DNA of 64,000 nucleotides from Trichoplax adhaerens. Lineage: Eukaryota; Animalia; Placozoa. Position 1 is the stretch's first letter; each line of letters starts with the position of its first letter. The stretch lies in assembly GCF_000150275.1 (NCBI RefSeq), contig NW_002060957.1:1476445-1540444 (forward strand), read 5' to 3'. Below the pieces are notes generated by a model, which saw nothing but the letters and a program-made list of their open reading frames with translations, did no database searches and was not told the origin of the DNA. Below are positions 60,501 to 64,000 of the stretch, piece after piece. The translations under genes and the position numbers were made by a program.

Positions 60501-63500
60501 TAACTACTTTAATAATGATTATGGATCATTAAAATGTAATAGGCCAAATTACTGTGTATTTGCTTAAAATTAGCGCATTCAGATATTAGATTCCCAAATA
60601 TTACATCATTTGCATATTCAGTAAAATCTGTTAATAATTAATTAATAATACGGATATGATCACTTTTCACAATTGAAAAATATTTATGGCACATTTACCA
60701 TAATTATCAGTAGAGAGACATCATATCGGGCAACTAAAAAAATAATGTACTAGCTATTTCTATCTTAGAACTTTAGATCATAATCCAATCATGGAATTTA
60801 GTAGTCAAGCCTTCTGGTTCTCAAGATCGCTAACAGAAATGTAAGAATATTATTTCATTCAAATAATCCATAGAACAGCTATTAATTACGGATGACTACA
60901 AAGCAAAATTGATTCAGCATGTATCTTGTTGGAGCTATTAAGAAATCGTTCATATCGTACCTATTTTTCAGTATAAGTCAAAAATATCGCTATCTCTTAA
61001 TTTTAATTAGATCTTCTACTCGTGAATACCTCTGCTGCAATATACCTTCCACGGTTATCTCTTGTAAACCGCTACCTAGTCAACTTAGCTTATCTACGTG
61101 TTCTTATATTCTATCGCATAACATCCTAAGAATAATTATTTGGATTTTGGGTAACCTTGCAGTGATTGAAAATGCTATATCTATTGTTTGGCACTCTCCA
61201 TTCCGAAAGGATGGAAAGTGCGTTCCAAAAGTATTAATTGTAAACTTATCCATTGCGGACTTTCTAATGGGAGTCTATTTGATCATAGTCGCATCTGCTA
61301 ATACGTTTTATGCCCAGCGCTACTCAGAATTTGTAGAAGTTTGGTTAAGAAGTCCAGCATGTTTGATTTCATGCTTTCTTATCTCGCTATCTTGTTTAAC
61401 ATCGACAATTATTTTACTACTCATCACGGTTGATCGCTTTCTTTATTTAGTCTTTCCTTTTACTAGTTATCGCTTAAGGTATTCCTTATTATTATGGGTT
61501 TTGATTGCGGTTTGGTCTATATCTATCGCTTTTATAGCTGTTCCTATCGCATCAAGCTTTGGTCAATCCTCATATTATCGCCTATATGGCACGAACAGCG
61601 CTTGTTTGCCTGGAAATGTCGATAACTACTGGTATTTAACATGGTTAATATTATATTGCGGCTTCACATTTGCAGTATGGATAATTATTGCAGTCTTATA
61701 TATACTTATCATTAAGTCACTTACGCAGTCTAGGCGGAAAACAAAGCAAAGTTTATCGAACATTGATAAAATTGCTACAGCTAAAATGGTTACAGTTGTT
61801 ATAACAGATCTTATATGTTGGCTGCCGTTTTATGTTATTATTACACGGGTTTTATTGGGATATGGATTAGATATTCATACGTTGCCATTCATCGCAGTGT
61901 TAGCTTTGCCCTTGAATTCTTGCATTAACCCAATCATTTATACCATCTTTACCAAAAAGTTTACGAATTACGTGAATTCTTATCTAACTTGTTATAAGTG
62001 TTATAATCGTCAGTATCATGCATCGATGGCAATATACACCACATCGATAATTAGTAAAAATGCTATTAGTAAACTGAATGTGGTAGCCAAGGAAGGTAAT
62101 GAATCTGTCAAGAAATAAATTTTGCAACTAATGCTCATCTTATTTCATCAAATAAAATATCTTAGTATTAGTTGATTATTACCGTTTTATATACTGAAAG
62201 TTTATATCAGAAGCGCATAGTTTTAAATTATCGGAGTACAATAATAATAACCAATTTTATTGCATGAATACGTTAAAATGATTGATTTTTCAATAAAGTT
62301 TGGATTCAGTTTCTATTAAAGAGACTATAGGTGTACTTTAACCTTCAGACCAAGGAGAAATTATTTATCAGTAATAGATTTTGCTGTAGGTAGTTGTCAC
62401 TTGTCAAAGAAGACAAACTTGACATTAGACCTGATGTTTTAAGTCGTTAATGGCATATTTAATTTCTTCGTTACAAGTTTTAACTTTTAACAGTATCATA
62501 CCGAAATTATCATATTTTAGTCTAAAATTAAATATATCTTGATATACTTAGTGTAATAGTTTTGCAAGCAAAAATGTACTATTTTTCAAATTTTAATCTA
62601 AAAAAAAATATAGAAAATCTTTATTTAGACGTTAGCAAGTAATTTTACGATAGTAACGAAATCACTTTAATATTTATACCGATGTATATATATAATTCAG
62701 TAATTTACTTCAAATCATATTTTGGAATTAAATCGTATCCGTAGTGGGAATGAGAAATGGTACATGATCACTTGTAAATGAATTTTACCGTGATTAAAAT
62801 TCATTACCTAAACTTTTTGACCTTGTAATCTAAACTTAAAAAAGATACTGGTTTTGCCAATTTTCAAGTCGTAATACTCAACCTTGGCGAATTTCCTCTT
62901 AAATCTGTAAGTATTTCACTCCTATAGTGTATGTTATTCACTCCAGACAGTTATTAGCAGTCCTCGAAATCAATCTTAGTTTGCTAATTTGTTACGAAAA
63001 GAGTTCCGTTGCAATTTATAATATAAAATTATTGATATTTTTCTTTGACTTCAGGGCTATATCCGTGCTCAATTTATTAATAAAAATGGAAAAACCTTAT
63101 TTGCTTTGATAAAATTATATAATAAAGCTGAAAGAAAATTATGGGAAAAGGAAGTACATTTCTATCGCTACGTTCACATGAGACGTTGGTGTTTACTAAA
63201 CGTATCTCAATGTCTTTGGATATGTGAAGGAAAGAAATGCCATATCCCTTTACTAAAGAAAGATAGAGCCAAGCTACTAGATAAATTGTAAGTTGATCAC
63301 AATCACTTAATAGTATTGGATTAAAAGTCCCAGTCATATAACTTTAATACGCAATTAATTAGAAATAGTCAACGTAGACAGTTGCAATAAATCCACGGTT
63401 TAGAAATGAAGAAAGATTATTAGTAATAAAACTGTCAAATATATGAGATTTCATCTGCCAATTGCCCATAATAATTATCAGATTTCTAAAGCAAAGCAAG

Positions 63501-64000
63501 TAAATTTGTAATGTCAAGATATATTAAAACTTACAGTGGTACATTTTATCATCCTGCTCACTTCTGGGCAGAATTATACCTGCCAACGATTATACCATTA
63601 CTAGATGAAATTCAGTTTAACGAAATTGATAGGTAATACTTTATTTATTAATCTAAAAGTATAAACCACATCAAATTATAAATACTGTTTTGTCAACTGT
63701 TTTGAAGCAAAGGTAATTTTGAACCTATATCGCTTAAATTTCCTAAATAAAGAATCTACCTACAGAATACACGTAACTGTTATTAATTATAGTATTTTAA
63801 TGCAATATAGCTTTAAATAGAATAGCAAAGGTTGAACTCGATACTATACACATGCCATGTGATTAAATAACTACTGGTATTTATATCGTCCTTATATCTT
63901 GCACTTTTCTTATTTGCTAAAATGATATACTGTTGTTTCCACCTTCGAAGCCTAACTTGTTACTACATGAGTGGTAATGAATTACAATCGTTAAAAGAGA
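36590..64000 (+). CDS. Giant LRR-containing GPCR (type C LGR, RXFP/GRL101-like): signal peptide, half LDLa, Cys-rich region, ~52 LRR exons, 7TM (61011-62095, or to the stop at 62118), probably continued by a kinase-like domain that runs off the window
   Basis: Exons 36590-36656 and 36839-36946 give MGEQNLKEVSFFIRIGLLTYAIELIFLAMVCHS...ICDCKLDSMNIDDELGC. Phase-2 LRR exons of 66-84 nt span 40124-60840. 7TM motifs: YLCC...C.P...LSTC hinge, NLSIADFLMGVYL, ITVDRF, YGTNSACLP, TDLICWLP, LPLNSCINPIIY. Exons between 37 and 40 kb are only partly resolved. Confidence 0.85.
48085..48134. other. Assembly gap (50 N)
   Basis: Run of N. Confidence 1.
54890..55030. repeat. Two-copy ~68 bp tandem duplication in an LGR intron
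   Basis: 'caaaccctaaaatt(a/g)ttttctt...aggact...ctatttc(g/a)aaa' occurs twice. Confidence 0.6.
61011..62118 (+). CDS. Hinge + rhodopsin-class 7TM exon of the LGR
   Basis: Lies within ORF 60919-62118; true acceptor ttttaattag|atct at 61010/61011; seven hydrophobic segments with LGR motifs. Confidence 0.95.
62869..64000 (+). CDS. Protein-kinase-like N-lobe exons (62869-62906, 63055-63287, possibly 63537-63632, 63951->64000)
   Basis: Spliced: VVILNLGEFPLKS|GYIRAQFINKNGKTLFALIKLYNKAERKLWEKEVHFYRYVHMRRWCLLNVSQCLW...LLDKF|LTCYYMSGNELQSLKE. Shows a beta3 Lys, alphaC Glu (W..E..FY), HxN-position Asn and hinge/alphaD pattern; intron phases are compatible with the donor at 62095/62096. Confidence 0.6.

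Larger units (their letters stand above)
40124..60840 (+). other. Array of ~52 single-LRR, phase 2-2 exons (mostly 72 nt)
   Basis: For example 40124-40195 NLEGNDFTDFPIDPTTFQPWIYNL and 60769-60840 TLDHNPIMEFSSQAFWFSRSLTE. Each is bounded by AG and GT, with length a multiple of 3. Confidence 0.88.

Noticed and set aside
60919-61010. N-terminal 30 aa of the 399-aa ORF as the start of a single-exon GPCR
   Set aside because: Intronic read-through; the real exon begins at the acceptor 61010/61011 in phase with the last LRR exon.
62211-62370. Alternative bridging exons (62211-62271, 62349-62370) between the 7TM and the kinase-like exon
   Set aside because: They keep the frame but have weaker donors; 62869-62906 does the job alone with consensus sites.

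Overview
AT-rich, intron-dense eukaryotic (animal) DNA. Short introns and a divergent type-C LGR suggest an early-branching metazoan such as a placozoan; this is inference only. Genes assembled by hand from splice sites: STN1/OBFC1 (- strand, runs off the left edge), SMC5 (+, 2836-10241), CACYBP/SIP (+, ~14475-15706), an Islet LIM-homeobox gene (-, 26715-17949, 5 exons), and a >27 kb receptor gene (+, 36590->64000). The receptor is the standout. It has a signal peptide, a half LDLa module, a Cys-rich region, about 52 single-repeat symmetric LRR exons and an RXFP/GRL101-type 7TM. A splice donor just before the apparent stop leads to in-phase downstream exons that read as a protein-kinase N-lobe, giving a candidate LRR-7TM-(pseudo)kinase fusion receptor. 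Also present: a ~620 bp duplicate of the STN1 5' end on the far side of SMC5, palindromic TGTACA/CAGTACTG blocks upstream of both housekeeping genes, and several unrelated degenerate tandem-repeat arrays in and around Islet. All gene models are manual and unverified by transcripts.
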